Positions 52,810 to 62,703 of a stretch of 64,000 nt of DNA are shown in pieces. How positions within the stretch are numbered: the first letter of the stretch is position 1; each line of letters starts with the position of its first letter. The notes under the pieces are model-generated. The model was not told the origin of the DNA. It saw only the letters and a list, made by a program, of their open reading frames with translations, and ran no database searches. The DNA is from an uncultured cyanobacterium (GTDB lineage: Bacteria > Cyanobacteriota > Cyanobacteriia > Cyanobacteriales > CAWCAG01), in assembly GCA_963803805.1 (NCBI GenBank), contig CAWDOD010000007.1:17040-81039 (forward strand), read 5' to 3'. Both the position numbers and the translations under genes were made by a program.

Positions 52810-53355
52810 CTAATCCTTATTTAAATTGGACTGCGGCTCAAAGTTGGATGCTAAGTTTTTTAGTAAACCGTTGACTTGTTGTAGTAATTCCCCACCAGAA
52901 CTTGTCGCAATGGGCTTTCCTAAACTAGGACGATCCATACTAAGAGCGATCGCCTCACTTACTTGCTGGCTAATTAATTCTTGAAGTTCTTCTTTAGCTC
53001 GTTGACGCTGATATTCAGCTCCTTCTTCGGTAGTAGCATAAAGGGGAACTAAGCGATTTAAAGCATAAGCCGCAATATCTCCCACATCTAGAACTTGATC
53101 GCTAGTAGCTTCAATTTCAGCAACGCGGGTTATAGCTTCACTCAAAACTAGTTCTTCCATCACGTTAATGAATTGCTTGCGAGGCACTGCGACTACATCA
53201 CCGGTTAACAGCGAACCCATGAGTCTATCTAGTGCCATATATTCTTCAATGGACAGCGCAGAGGCTGTATCGCAGATTCTGCCTACTTCTGCTTCCATAG
53301 TAGGGGTAAGATATCCATCTTTTAAAGCTTGCTCTACGATTTTTTCTATACTCAT
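52810..53355 (-). CDS. ComFB-family protein
   Basis: INVMEELVLSEAITR and DIAAYALNRLVPLYATTEEG are ComFB signatures. Confidence 0.6.
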   Translation of the reverse strand: MSIEKIVEQALKDGYLTPTMEAEVGRICDTASALSIEEYMALDRLMGSLLTGDVVAVPRKQFINVMEELVLSEAITRVAEIEATSDQVLDVGDIAAYALNRLVPLYATTEEGAEYQRQRAKEELQELISQQVSEAIALSMDRPSLGKPIATSSGGELLQQVNGLLKNLASNFEPQSNLNKD

Positions 53356-53644
53356 AGTGTCACAGTACTTGGCAGCATCAATACTAGATAGTTCTAGAAT
53401 TTTATTTTCACAAAAGAACTAATAAACTCGGAAAAATCAACAGAAATTCAAGATACTTGGAGTAAGCTAGCTCACTAACAACATAAGTATTTTTACTATC
53501 GTTGCTGTGGGTTTTGCCTTTTATCCTCGCTCTGAATTGTACCCTTTATAGATAGATGTATCATACCGCTAACAAATTTAGCTTACTCCTGTTTTGAATA
53601 GACTAAAGTAAAGGTAAACTTTATTCTTTAGTTATACCCAAATT

Positions 53645-54499
53645 TTACTCAATTCCCGCGAATCTCCAAGGTACAGGATCTACGGCTAAACCATGAATGT
53701 ATAGACCCCAATGAAGGTGAGGACCTGTAGAAGCACCTGTACTACCTACAGTGCCAATTCTTTGTCCTGCTTGTACAAAATCACCTTCCTGTACTTCTAT
53801 GGTGTGTAAATGCAAAAATGCGCTTAGTACTCCTTGCCCATGATCCATACCGACGGTGTTACCATTAACCCGAAACCCGGCTGACTCTCTCCCCACAAGG
53901 GCTACTTTTCCTGCTGCCGGAGCAACTACCACAGAACCAGTAGCAGCAGCATAGTCTACCCCACGATGGTAATAATCTTTGGCTAATACTCCATTGTAAT
54001 AGCGGCGAACACCAAAGACGCTGGAAACGCTTCCGGAACTTGGGCGCAAAAAAGGCCCATTCCAGAATTTTTTCGGACTCACAATAGTTTTAAAATCTGC
54101 AATTCTGTCAAGTTCAATTTGGGTTGCCCCATTACCTCCTCCTTTTACCCTAATACTCTGAGTCGGAAAATTGCGCCCTCCCAAACCGACAGCAAGATTA
54201 CTAACTTCACCATCACCACTGACTTTAATTTCTAATCTTCCTGGTTGATCTAAAGGGGTAGTGGGAATCAAAGTGCGGTAACGATTGCTACCAAGGGGGA
54301 AGACAGGGTAATTTTTACTTTTAGAACTTACCTGGGGTTGAGAGTTAGGTGAGGTGGTTGTGACAACCACAGAAATAGTTTCTCCTAGTTTAGGATTGTC
54401 AGGCTTAACTTGTACCTGTAAAGCTTGTGCTGGAGCTATTCCTGTTAAAATTGTGGTCACAACACCTGAGGTTAAAGCTACTGTTTGAAATTTGAGCAT
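53645..54499 (-). CDS. M23-family peptidoglycan metalloendopeptidase, secreted
   Basis: Signal peptide. HRGVDYAA and GPHLHWGLY motifs. Confidence 0.8.
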   Translation of the reverse strand: MLKFQTVALTSGVVTTILTGIAPAQALQVQVKPDNPKLGETISVVVTTTSPNSQPQVSSKSKNYPVFPLGSNRYRTLIPTTPLDQPGRLEIKVSGDGEVSNLAVGLGGRNFPTQSIRVKGGGNGATQIELDRIADFKTIVSPKKFWNGPFLRPSSGSVSSVFGVRRYYNGVLAKDYYHRGVDYAAATGSVVVAPAAGKVALVGRESAGFRVNGNTVGMDHGQGVLSAFLHLHTIEVQEGDFVQAGQRIGTVGSTGASTGPHLHWGLYIHGLAVDPVPWRFAGIE

Positions 54500-54522
54500 T
54501 CGTTGATAATTAATAACTAAAA

Positions 54523-54735
54523 TTATCCTTTAGGCTGAAGATAAGCGATCGCTTGCCGCCAAACTATAGTAGATTGTTCGTTTTCATCAGACAAACAAAG
54601 ACATTGACTATCTTGCCAAACTAGTTTACCTGCCATGACATCGTTAGTAATAAGTTTGATTTCTACTGGTTGTTGTTCTTTAATGAAACCCTGAACCTTA
54701 CGAATACTAGGCAAGCCAGTGTCAAATTGTTCCAT
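54523..54735 (-). CDS. hfq: Cyanobacterial-type Hfq (Sm-fold)
   Basis: 70 aa. FDTGLPSIRKVQGFIKEQQPVEIKLITND ... STIVWRQAIAYLQP aligns closely to Synechocystis Ssr3341. Confidence 0.8.
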   Translation of the reverse strand: MEQFDTGLPSIRKVQGFIKEQQPVEIKLITNDVMAGKLVWQDSQCLCLSDENEQSTIVWRQAIAYLQPKG

Positions 54736-54816
54736 AACTAAGAAGTTCTAATAATTAAAACTGGTTGTAAAAAGCATCAAATTCAGCTTACCCTTTTTTG
54801 TTAAGGAGAGATTACC

Positions 54817-55671
54817 GTGACAAGACAATTTACTAAATATCATGGCTTAGGTAACGATTTTATCTTAATAGATAACCGACAAAATCCAGAGCCAGTTATT
54901 ACCCCCTCTCAAGCAATGCAGATGTGCGATCGCCACTTTGGTATTGGTGCTGATGGAGTGATTTTCGCCCTCCCAGGGCAAGATGGTACTGATTATGCTA
55001 TGCGGATTTATAATTCCGATGGCTCAGAACCAGAAATGTGCGGTAATGGAATTCGTTGTTTGGCTAAATTTATTGCCACCTTAGAAGGCGGTAAAAAAGA
55101 AGAGGCTGGAACATCTTATCGTATCCATACCTTAGCCGGGGTAATGATCCCCACCATTGAAGCAAATGGTGAAGTAACTGTAGATATGGGTTTACCTCAA
55201 TTAATGGCAGGGGAAATTCCAACGACAATTTGCCCAGGGGATCACAAAGTAATTGACCAAAAATTAGCTGTTGCTGGTCATAACTGGTCAGTTACCTGTG
55301 TTGGTATGGGCAACCCTCACTGTATAACCTTCGTTGAAGATACTCAAGCCATTCCCCTTGAAAAGATTGGACCTCAATTTGAGCATCATGCTGCCTTTCC
55401 CCAACGTACCAATACAGAATTCATCCAAATTATCAAGTCAGACTATCTCAAAATGCGAGTTTGGGAAAGAGGGGCTGGGATCACCTTAGCTTGTGGTACA
55501 GGAGCTTGTGCTAGCGTAGTAGCTGGAGTCCTTAATCATAAATGTGATCGCCTTTGTACTGTAGAACTTCCGGGTGGTTGTTTAAGAATTCATTGGTCAG
55601 AGTTGGATCAAAGAGTTTACATGAGTGGGCCAGCTACCAAAGTATTTGTCGGTAATTATCTTATAGACTAG
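54817..55671 (+). CDS. dapF: Diaminopimelate epimerase
   Basis: [15 protein letters not shown]. Catalytic Cys motifs CGNGIRC and ACGTGACAS. Confidence 0.9.
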   Translation: MTRQFTKYHGLGNDFILIDNRQNPEPVITPSQAMQMCDRHFGIGADGVIFALPGQDGTDYAMRIYNSDGSEPEMCGNGIRCLAKFIATLEGGKKEEAGTSYRIHTLAGVMIPTIEANGEVTVDMGLPQLMAGEIPTTICPGDHKVIDQKLAVAGHNWSVTCVGMGNPHCITFVEDTQAIPLEKIGPQFEHHAAFPQRTNTEFIQIIKSDYLKMRVWERGAGITLACGTGACASVVAGVLNHKCDRLCTVELPGGCLRIHWSELDQRVYMSGPATKVFVGNYLID

Positions 55672-55739
55672 CCAAACCATGAGAAACTATAAAACATGAG
55701 TGGCAACCAACTTTTAACCAGTAGCAAGGGAGAATGTGA

Positions 55740-56885
55740 GTGAGCGGAGGCGTATACCTCATTCAGGAGGAAGACCAACTGGTTGAAATGGCTGAAAAAC
55801 CCTATGACTCCGAAGCTTTATTGCAAGAACTCCTGGAGAGCAATCCTGGTTTACTAGCCGTAAACCGTAGAGAAGGAGCAGCTTTGAAGCCCTGGCTTTT
55901 AGTTAGGCGTAATGTAACTAACACCACCGAAGATACAATATCGGAGCGCTGGTCACTTAATCATCTCTTTCTTGACCAGCAAGCTACTCCTACCTTGGTG
56001 GAAGTCAAAAGTAGCGACGATTCTGGTGTTCGTAGGGCAGCCATTGGCCAAATGCTTGATTATGCTGCTAATGCCTCGGTTTATTGGCCCGTTGAATCAA
56101 TTTTGACCCAATTTGAAGCTAACTGCCGGGATCAAAATCGTGACCCCGAAGATGTCTTTGAATCTTTTCTGGGTATCAACGCTGATGAAGAAAAATTTTG
56201 GCAACAGGTCAAAACCAACTTTCAAGCGGGTAAAGTTCGCCTCATTTTTGTCGCCGATCATATTTCTGCTGAGTTACAGCGAGTGGTGGAATTTCTTAAT
56301 AAGCAAATGGACCCGGCTGAAATTCTTGCCCTAGAAATCAAGCAGTATGCTAGCCAAAATAACGACCTCAAAACCTTAGTTTGTAAAGTTATTGGTCAAA
56401 CCGCAGAAGCACAGCAAAGAAAGACCAGAACAACCCTTGACCGCAGACAGTGGGACGAAAATTCTTTCTTCGCAGAATACGAAATTCGCTATGGTAAGGA
56501 TGAGGCGGATATTGCCAAGAAAATTTACCTCTGGGCCATTAACCAAGAGCCAAATATGGTCGTACAATGGGTGACGGGAGATGCCTATGGTGGATTTGCC
56601 GTGAAGCTTACTTGCCCAGGTAAAAAAGAGAGCAAACTGTTTTTTGTGGGCATTGATGGGGCTTTAGAAATCTCCTCTGATGCCTATGCGGATTTGCCAC
56701 CTTTTGATCATCAAAATGAGTGGTTAGAGTTAAGAAATCAACTTAGTTCTATTGGTTTAGCCTTGCCCACTGAACCTAGTCAAAGAAGATTACCTAACTT
56801 TTTGTTATCCACATTGCCAGAAGGAGAAAATCTTACTCAAGTATTGACGACATTTGACTGGGTGGTTAATAGAGTTAACTGCTGA
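55740..56885 (+). CDS. Hypothetical protein with a PD-(D/E)xK nuclease-like motif (FLDQQ ... LVEVKSSD) in the N-terminal third
   Basis: 381-aa ORF, GTG start. The true start may be the downstream ATG (MAEKPYD). The motif was assigned by eye only. Confidence 0.5.
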   Translation: MSGGVYLIQEEDQLVEMAEKPYDSEALLQELLESNPGLLAVNRREGAALKPWLLVRRNVTNTTEDTISERWSLNHLFLDQQATPTLVEVKSSDDSGVRRAAIGQMLDYAANASVYWPVESILTQFEANCRDQNRDPEDVFESFLGINADEEKFWQQVKTNFQAGKVRLIFVADHISAELQRVVEFLNKQMDPAEILALEIKQYASQNNDLKTLVCKVIGQTAEAQQRKTRTTLDRRQWDENSFFAEYEIRYGKDEADIAKKIYLWAINQEPNMVVQWVTGDAYGGFAVKLTCPGKKESKLFFVGIDGALEISSDAYADLPPFDHQNEWLELRNQLSSIGLALPTEPSQRRLPNFLLSTLPEGENLTQVLTTFDWVVNRVNC

Positions 56886-58703
56886 ACAAAAAAAGAGTAA
56901 ATCAATGGTGCTTGATAATCGTCATAAGTTCTCCTTTCGTATTGGGATTGCCATCACCTTAATCTTTTGTAGCTTCACCTTAATTACCTGTAAAAAGCAA
57001 CCTGAACAAATGAAAGTATCAACGGAAAAACTTCTTAGTGATCCTTTCTTGCAACTACCACAACAAGATTCAGTACGAGTAGTCTGGTTTACTGAATTTG
57101 AGGGTTCCCGCCACTATGTTAGTTATGGAGAAGATACTCAAAAGCAGGTAGAGGCTACCACAACAAAGCTAACTTATTTGCAAGAAGATCAAAAATCATT
57201 TGTTGGGGAGCAAACAGAAGAAGAGAAGATTTATCAAAAACCCCAAAAGCGAGATATTTGGCGGCATGAAGCAGAAGTTATAGAATTAGAACCCAATATT
57301 TCTCAACCTTACTCCGTTACTAGTGTAGATGCAGAAGGAGGGGCCGTTAGCAGCGAAACCTTTACCCTCGCCCCCAAACCTCAACCGGGAACTCCTCTCA
57401 AAATTCTTCTTACCTCAGATCATCAATCAAAACCAATGGTCGCTGCTAACTTAGAAAAAGTAGAACAAACCGTCGGTAAAGTTGATGGTATTTTTTTTGC
57501 TGGAGATTTGGTTAATATTCCTGATCGGGCTTCTGAGTGGTTTGATGACAATCGTGGAGGAGCCTTTTTCCGGCCCTCCAAGGACGGGCTAGTTATGAGT
57601 TGACTACCAGTGGCGCTAAAATTCGCTATCAAGGGGGGCAATTATTACAAAACGCTCCTTTATATACAGCCATTGGCAATCATGAGGTTATGGGGCGTAG
57701 GGATGCTGAAGTAGGCTTAAATGAGCAATTCGAGGCTACCTTACCTCGTTTCATTGCTGAGAAAACTTATTTACGGCAAAAGGCAAAAGTTAATCCTCAA
57801 GATGATTCTCAAATCAAAGCCAATTGGATGGAAGCTAATTCTTTCAACACCGAAACTTACCAAGAACTTTTCAGCTTACCAACTAGTAAACCAGGAAAAG
57901 AAAAATATTATGCTGTCACTTTCGGCGATGTCCGTTTAGTTGTGTTATACGCCACGAGAATTTGGAGAGTACCTGGTTTAAACCCGAAAAAGAAAGGTAA
58001 ATACCGAGAGGTTGAACAAGATTTGTCTAGTCCTAAGCAATGGGGTTATGGTCAACATATCTTTGAAGCAATTCAAAAAGGTTCCAATCAATATCAATGG
58101 TTAGAGTCGGAGTTACAAAGTCCTGAATTTACCCAGGCTAAATACAAAATAGTTATGTTTCACCATCCTCCCCATAGTTTAGGGGAAAATGTTGTTCCTG
58201 CTTTTACAGATCCTGTACAAATAGTTGAGCAAAACAAAGCCGAAGAAGTTATGGGGGTACGCTACGAATATCCCCAGAAACAAGACCATTTACTGCGGGA
58301 TATTGTACCTTTATTAGAAGAAGCTGGGGTGCAACTTGTTCATTATGGCCATTCCCATTTATGGAATCGTTTTGTTAGTCCCCAGGGAATGCACTTTTTA
58401 GAAACTTCTAACGTGGGTAACAGTTATGGAGCTTATTTGGGTGATAATAAGCGTAAAATCCCTGAAGGTTATCAAGAAAACTATGCCGCTACTGGTGATC
58501 CTGGTGGCTTGGAAGCTGTAGTTCCTAATCTTGCTCCTTTAAAAGATGAGACGGGGAAGGCTTTGCCTTATATTGCTAGTAATGAGATTACAGTTTTTAG
58601 TATCTTAGATACGGGGGAAGGTACAATAACTAGCTACTATTTTGATACTCGTAAACCAGAATCAGAAGTTGTTAAGTTTGATCAGTTTCTTCTCTCAAAT
58701 TGA
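56854..58703 (+). pseudogene. Calcineurin-like / purple-acid-phosphatase-like metallophosphoesterase, split by a frameshift between 57546 and 57600
   Basis: Motifs I-II (TSDHQ, FAGDLVN) lie in ORF 56854..57603. Motif III (GNHE) lies in ORF 57600..58703 in another frame. The T5 run at 57566-70 is a candidate indel site. N-terminal TM segment. Confidence 0.6.
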
Positions 58704-58800
58704 TGAGTAAATTTATATTCTTAATAGTTGGGGTAGTTATGCCGGAGTAGAAATTCCCTCTATTCCCTACTTCCTACTCCCCTTAAAAAATGACTGCCGA

Positions 58801-59895
58801 ATGACTGCCGATCGTCTTCTTTCTAGTTATAATTATTTTCTGCCAAAAGAACTAATTGCTCAAACACCGATTGTTCCTAGAGATAGTTCTCGTTTACTGG
58901 TAGTTGATTCTCCGACAACTCACCACCATAGCCACTTCAAAAATCTAACGGACTGGTTACGCCCTGGGGATCTTTTGGTTCTCAATAATACCCGTGTAAT
59001 TCCTGCTCGTCTTTATGGTAACAAGTCTACAGGCGCTCCGGTAGAAGTCTTGTTATTGAAAGAAGAAGCAGATAATATTTGGCTGAGTTTGGTTAAACCA
59101 GGCAAGCGTTTCAAATTGGGAACGGAAATTATTTTTACTCCTCAACAGGACAATGGGGAAAATCTATTTTTAAAGGCAAAAGTAATTGATCGCGATGCTA
59201 CTACAGGAGGAAGAAAGTTACAGTTTTATTTTCCTTCTCAATACAATTTCTCAGAAATTCTCCCTAAATTTGGCCATCTACCTTTACCTCCTTATATCAC
59301 CTCCGGAGCATCGCAACCAGGTCAATATCAAACAGTTTATGCTCAACAACCAGGGGCAGTGGCAGCCCCCACTGCCGGTTTACACTTCACTAAAGAGCTT
59401 TTAGAGAATTTAAGGACTGTAGGCATCCAACAAGCTTATCTAACTCTGCACGTCGGCGTAGGGACATTTCGTCCGGTGGAAGTTGAAGATATTACTAGCC
59501 ACAAAATGCACCAAGAATGGCTAGAAATTCCCCCAACTACCATAGAAACAATTAAAGAAACTAAAGCCCGTGGTGGTCGAATTATTGCTGTAGGGACGAC
59601 GGTGGTACGAGCATTAGAAGGTGCTGCTGCGGAGGCTGATAATAGCCTAATAGAGCCTTTTTGTGGTCAAACAGACTTATTTATTTATCCAGGCTATTCT
59701 TTCAAGGTAGTAGAGGGTTTAATTACTAACTTCCACTTACCAGGTTCTAGTTTATTGATGTTAGTAGCGGCTTTAATAGGACGCGAACACTTATTCACTT
59801 TATATGAGGGAGCGATGACCGAGCAATATCGCTTCTATTCTTTTGGTGATGCTATGTTGATTTTACCTGAAGCAGCCTTGAAATCAAAGACTTAG
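58801..59895 (+). CDS. queA: S-adenosylmethionine:tRNA ribosyltransferase-isomerase
   Basis: YNYFLPKELIAQTPIVPRDSSRLLVV, GLHFT, GTTVVRALE blocks. Confidence 0.9.
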   Translation: MTADRLLSSYNYFLPKELIAQTPIVPRDSSRLLVVDSPTTHHHSHFKNLTDWLRPGDLLVLNNTRVIPARLYGNKSTGAPVEVLLLKEEADNIWLSLVKPGKRFKLGTEIIFTPQQDNGENLFLKAKVIDRDATTGGRKLQFYFPSQYNFSEILPKFGHLPLPPYITSGASQPGQYQTVYAQQPGAVAAPTAGLHFTKELLENLRTVGIQQAYLTLHVGVGTFRPVEVEDITSHKMHQEWLEIPPTTIETIKETKARGGRIIAVGTTVVRALEGAAAEADNSLIEPFCGQTDLFIYPGYSFKVVEGLITNFHLPGSSLLMLVAALIGREHLFTLYEGAMTEQYRFYSFGDAMLILPEAALKSKT

Positions 59896-59965
59896 AAAGT
59901 GAAAAGTGCTTAAAAAACCGACTATTATAATCTTTAAATATTAACGATTATAAGTATTTGGTTTT

Positions 59966-61648
59966 ATGTTTTCAGGGAAGGCAAAGGCTCTTTTAATCCA
60001 GGCTACATTTTTCTTTCTTACTCTTTTTTTAGGAGCAGTTCAAGCTTGGAATCACCGTTACAGCTTATCTACAGGAGATGCGGTTTCTTACTTAGATATT
60101 GGTGATGCTTATTGGCGAGGTGATTGGTCAGCGGCTATTAACGATTATTTTAGTCCCCTTTATTGTTGGATTTTGGGCTTTTTTATTAAAGTAATCAATC
60201 CGGGAATCTACTGGGAATTCTTGACCGTAAAAATCACCAATTTGTTTATTCTTTTGTGTGGTTTCTTGACCTTTAGCTTTTGTCTAAAAGAATTCATCCA
60301 TTACTACGAATTTAGAATTAAGCAAAATCAAACAGAGAAATATTTACAAATCCCTCAAGAGATTTGGTTAATATCAGGATATAGCTTGTTTATTTGGTCA
60401 GCTTTACAATGGATTGGCGTTGACAACGACACTCCTGATCTTTGTGTGGCGACGATAACTTATTTAGCGGCCGGTTTAATTTTAAGAATTTATACTCGCT
60501 CAGATAGTTGGTACAATTTCATCTTCTTGGGAGTAGTTTTAGGAATTGGCTATTTAGCAAAAGCAATTATGTTTCCTATGGCCTTAATTTTCCTGGGAAC
60601 TTGCTTTTTCTGTGTTGGGAGTGTGCATCGCCCTTGGGGAAGAATTCTTGTGGCTAGTCTCGTTTTTCTGCTTGTGGCGGGGCCTTTCATTTTTGCCATC
60701 TCCCAAAAATCCGGTAGTTTTACCTTTGGTAGTGCAGGGAAACTCAACTACGCTTGGAACATAAGTCACAATATTGGGAACCATCATTGGCAAGGAGAAC
60801 CACCTGGTAGTGGAACCCCAGAACACCCTACTAGAGTGATTTTTACTGAACCCACAGTTTATGAATTCGCCACACCAATCGCCGGAACCTATCCTCCTTG
60901 GCATGATCCCTCCTACTGGAATAGCGGTTTGCAACCCAGATCTAATCTTCGCCGCCAAATGGCTGAGGTTGCTAGTCATACTTGGGAGTGTTATCAAATT
61001 TTTGGTAAATACTTGCTTTTTGGCTACTTAATCTTCCTTATTGCCAGTGGTGACTTTTGGCTTCAGGGACGAGAATTGCTAAAAAACTGGCCACTATACA
61101 TTCCTGCCTGTGCAGGGTTAGGAGCGTTACTTTTAGTTCATATTAGACCAAGATTGATAGCTAGTTTTGTCGTACTTTTATTTGCCGCTTTTTTTGGTAG
61201 TTTACGCTTAGCTAACAATCAACAAGTAAAAAAATTTGTTATTGGCATTACTCTAGGAGTTTGCTTATTGACCCTTAGCAGTTTGAGCAATATTTCTGAT
61301 ATTGCTGGAGAACCTATTCATTGGAAAATAGCTCAAGGTTTAGAAAAACTAGGAGTTACAAATGGAGAACAAATTGCTATTTTAGGGAAATATGGAGATG
61401 GTAGTTCCTATTATTGGGCTAGATTAGCAAAGGTAAAGATAGTTGCGGAAATTCCAGAAATTGCTAGTTTTTGGAGTGCAGATGTCACCACCAGGGAACA
61501 AATCTATCAAGATGTAAAAGATGTAGGAGCAAAGTTAATTGTTCAAGAAGTTGGTACAAAACCTTCTGAAGATAGTAACTGGCAACAAATCAGTAACACT
61601 AACTGCTACCTCCATTTCTTAACCAAACTCAAAGACCCCGAATCATGA
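59966..61648 (+). CDS. Polytopic membrane protein, GT-C-fold glycosyltransferase-like
   Basis: 560 aa. More than 10 predicted TM helices. The stop overlaps the start of the following GT2 gene (ATGA). Confidence 0.55.
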   Translation: MFSGKAKALLIQATFFFLTLFLGAVQAWNHRYSLSTGDAVSYLDIGDAYWRGDWSAAINDYFSPLYCWILGFFIKVINPGIYWEFLTVKITNLFILLCGFLTFSFCLKEFIHYYEFRIKQNQTEKYLQIPQEIWLISGYSLFIWSALQWIGVDNDTPDLCVATITYLAAGLILRIYTRSDSWYNFIFLGVVLGIGYLAKAIMFPMALIFLGTCFFCVGSVHRPWGRILVASLVFLLVAGPFIFAISQKSGSFTFGSAGKLNYAWNISHNIGNHHWQGEPPGSGTPEHPTRVIFTEPTVYEFATPIAGTYPPWHDPSYWNSGLQPRSNLRRQMAEVASHTWECYQIFGKYLLFGYLIFLIASGDFWLQGRELLKNWPLYIPACAGLGALLLVHIRPRLIASFVVLLFAAFFGSLRLANNQQVKKFVIGITLGVCLLTLSSLSNISDIAGEPIHWKIAQGLEKLGVTNGEQIAILGKYGDGSSYYWARLAKVKIVAEIPEIASFWSADVTTREQIYQDVKDVGAKLIVQEVGTKPSEDSNWQQISNTNCYLHFLTKLKDPES

Positions 61649-62604
61649 CCAAACTGATTATTCAAATTCCTTGCTACAACGAGGAAGCAACTCTGGGACT
61701 TACTCTTTCAGAATTACCTCGCCAAGTTCCAGGGGTGGATATTGTAGAGTGGTTAATTATCAATGATGGTAGCGTAGACCAGACTGTGGAGGTTGCTACA
61801 GACAACGGTGTAGACCATGTTGTTAGCTTTACCCACAATCAAGGTTTAGCCAAAGGATTTATGGCAGGCATAGAAGCTTGCCTTAAAGAAGGTGCAGATA
61901 TTATTGTTAATACCGATGCTGATAACCAATACTGTGCTGCTGATATTCCTAAGTTAGTTGAACCAATCCTGAGAGGGGAGGCGGATATAGTTATTGGGGC
62001 AAGACCGATACAAAGTATTAAACATTTTTCCCCCATCAAAAAATTCTTACAAAAACTAGGCAGTTGGGCAGTTAGGGTTGCGAGTAATACTAAAGTAGCC
62101 GATGCACCAAGTGGTTTCCGCGCCATCAGTCGCAAAGCAGCCTTGGAGTTAAATGTTTTTAATGAATATACCTACACCTTAGAAACCATTATTCAAGCTG
62201 GACAAAAAGGTATGGCAGTGGTTTCAGTACCGATTCGGACTAATGGTTTCTTGCGGCCTTCCCGCCTGGTGAAAAGCATTTTCGCCTATGTTAGGCGTTC
62301 TTTGTTCACCATTATTAGGATATTTTTAACCTATCGACCTCTACAGTTTTTTACCCTCCTAGCTAGCTTTCCCGCTTTTTTAAGTTTTCTACTTTGTCTA
62401 CGTTGGTTAATGCTGTTTATATTCGTAGATGGCACTAGAGGCAGAGTCCCTAGCTTGCTATTAGCAGCCGTTTTAATTCTCGTTGCCTTTCAACTATTAT
62501 TATTTGGTTTTATCGCCGACTTAATGGCTGTTAATCGTAAGATGCTCGAAGATGTGCAACTCAGGTTACGAAAAGCAGAAATAGATCGAAGTCAGAAGAG
62601 GTGA
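61645..62604 (+). CDS. GT2 polyprenyl-phosphate glycosyltransferase (DPM1 / ArnC / GtrB-like) with two C-terminal TM helices
   Basis: IPCYNEE, DGSVD, TDADNQY motifs. C-terminal hydrophobic pair. Confidence 0.8.
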   Translation: MTKLIIQIPCYNEEATLGLTLSELPRQVPGVDIVEWLIINDGSVDQTVEVATDNGVDHVVSFTHNQGLAKGFMAGIEACLKEGADIIVNTDADNQYCAADIPKLVEPILRGEADIVIGARPIQSIKHFSPIKKFLQKLGSWAVRVASNTKVADAPSGFRAISRKAALELNVFNEYTYTLETIIQAGQKGMAVVSVPIRTNGFLRPSRLVKSIFAYVRRSLFTIIRIFLTYRPLQFFTLLASFPAFLSFLLCLRWLMLFIFVDGTRGRVPSLLLAAVLILVAFQLLLFGFIADLMAVNRKMLEDVQLRLRKAEIDRSQKR

Positions 62605-62633
62605 TAATTGCTAATTGCTAGTTGCTAATTGCT
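62604..62633. repeat. STRR-like tandem heptamers (aattgct / agttgct)
   Basis: Four units after the GT2 stop. Confidence 0.55.
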
Positions 62634-62703
62634 AAAAAAATTATAGCCCCATCATTTTTAGTAAACAATCGCTTCCTACTCCCTGCTCCCTATTCTACCT
62701 AAT

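Noticed and set aside
57600-57603. Translational coupling (start overlapping stop) as the explanation for the two phosphoesterase ORFs
   Set aside because: The catalytic motifs of one metallophosphoesterase domain are split between the ORFs, so they must be one gene. The overlap is a frameshift by-product, not an operon junction.
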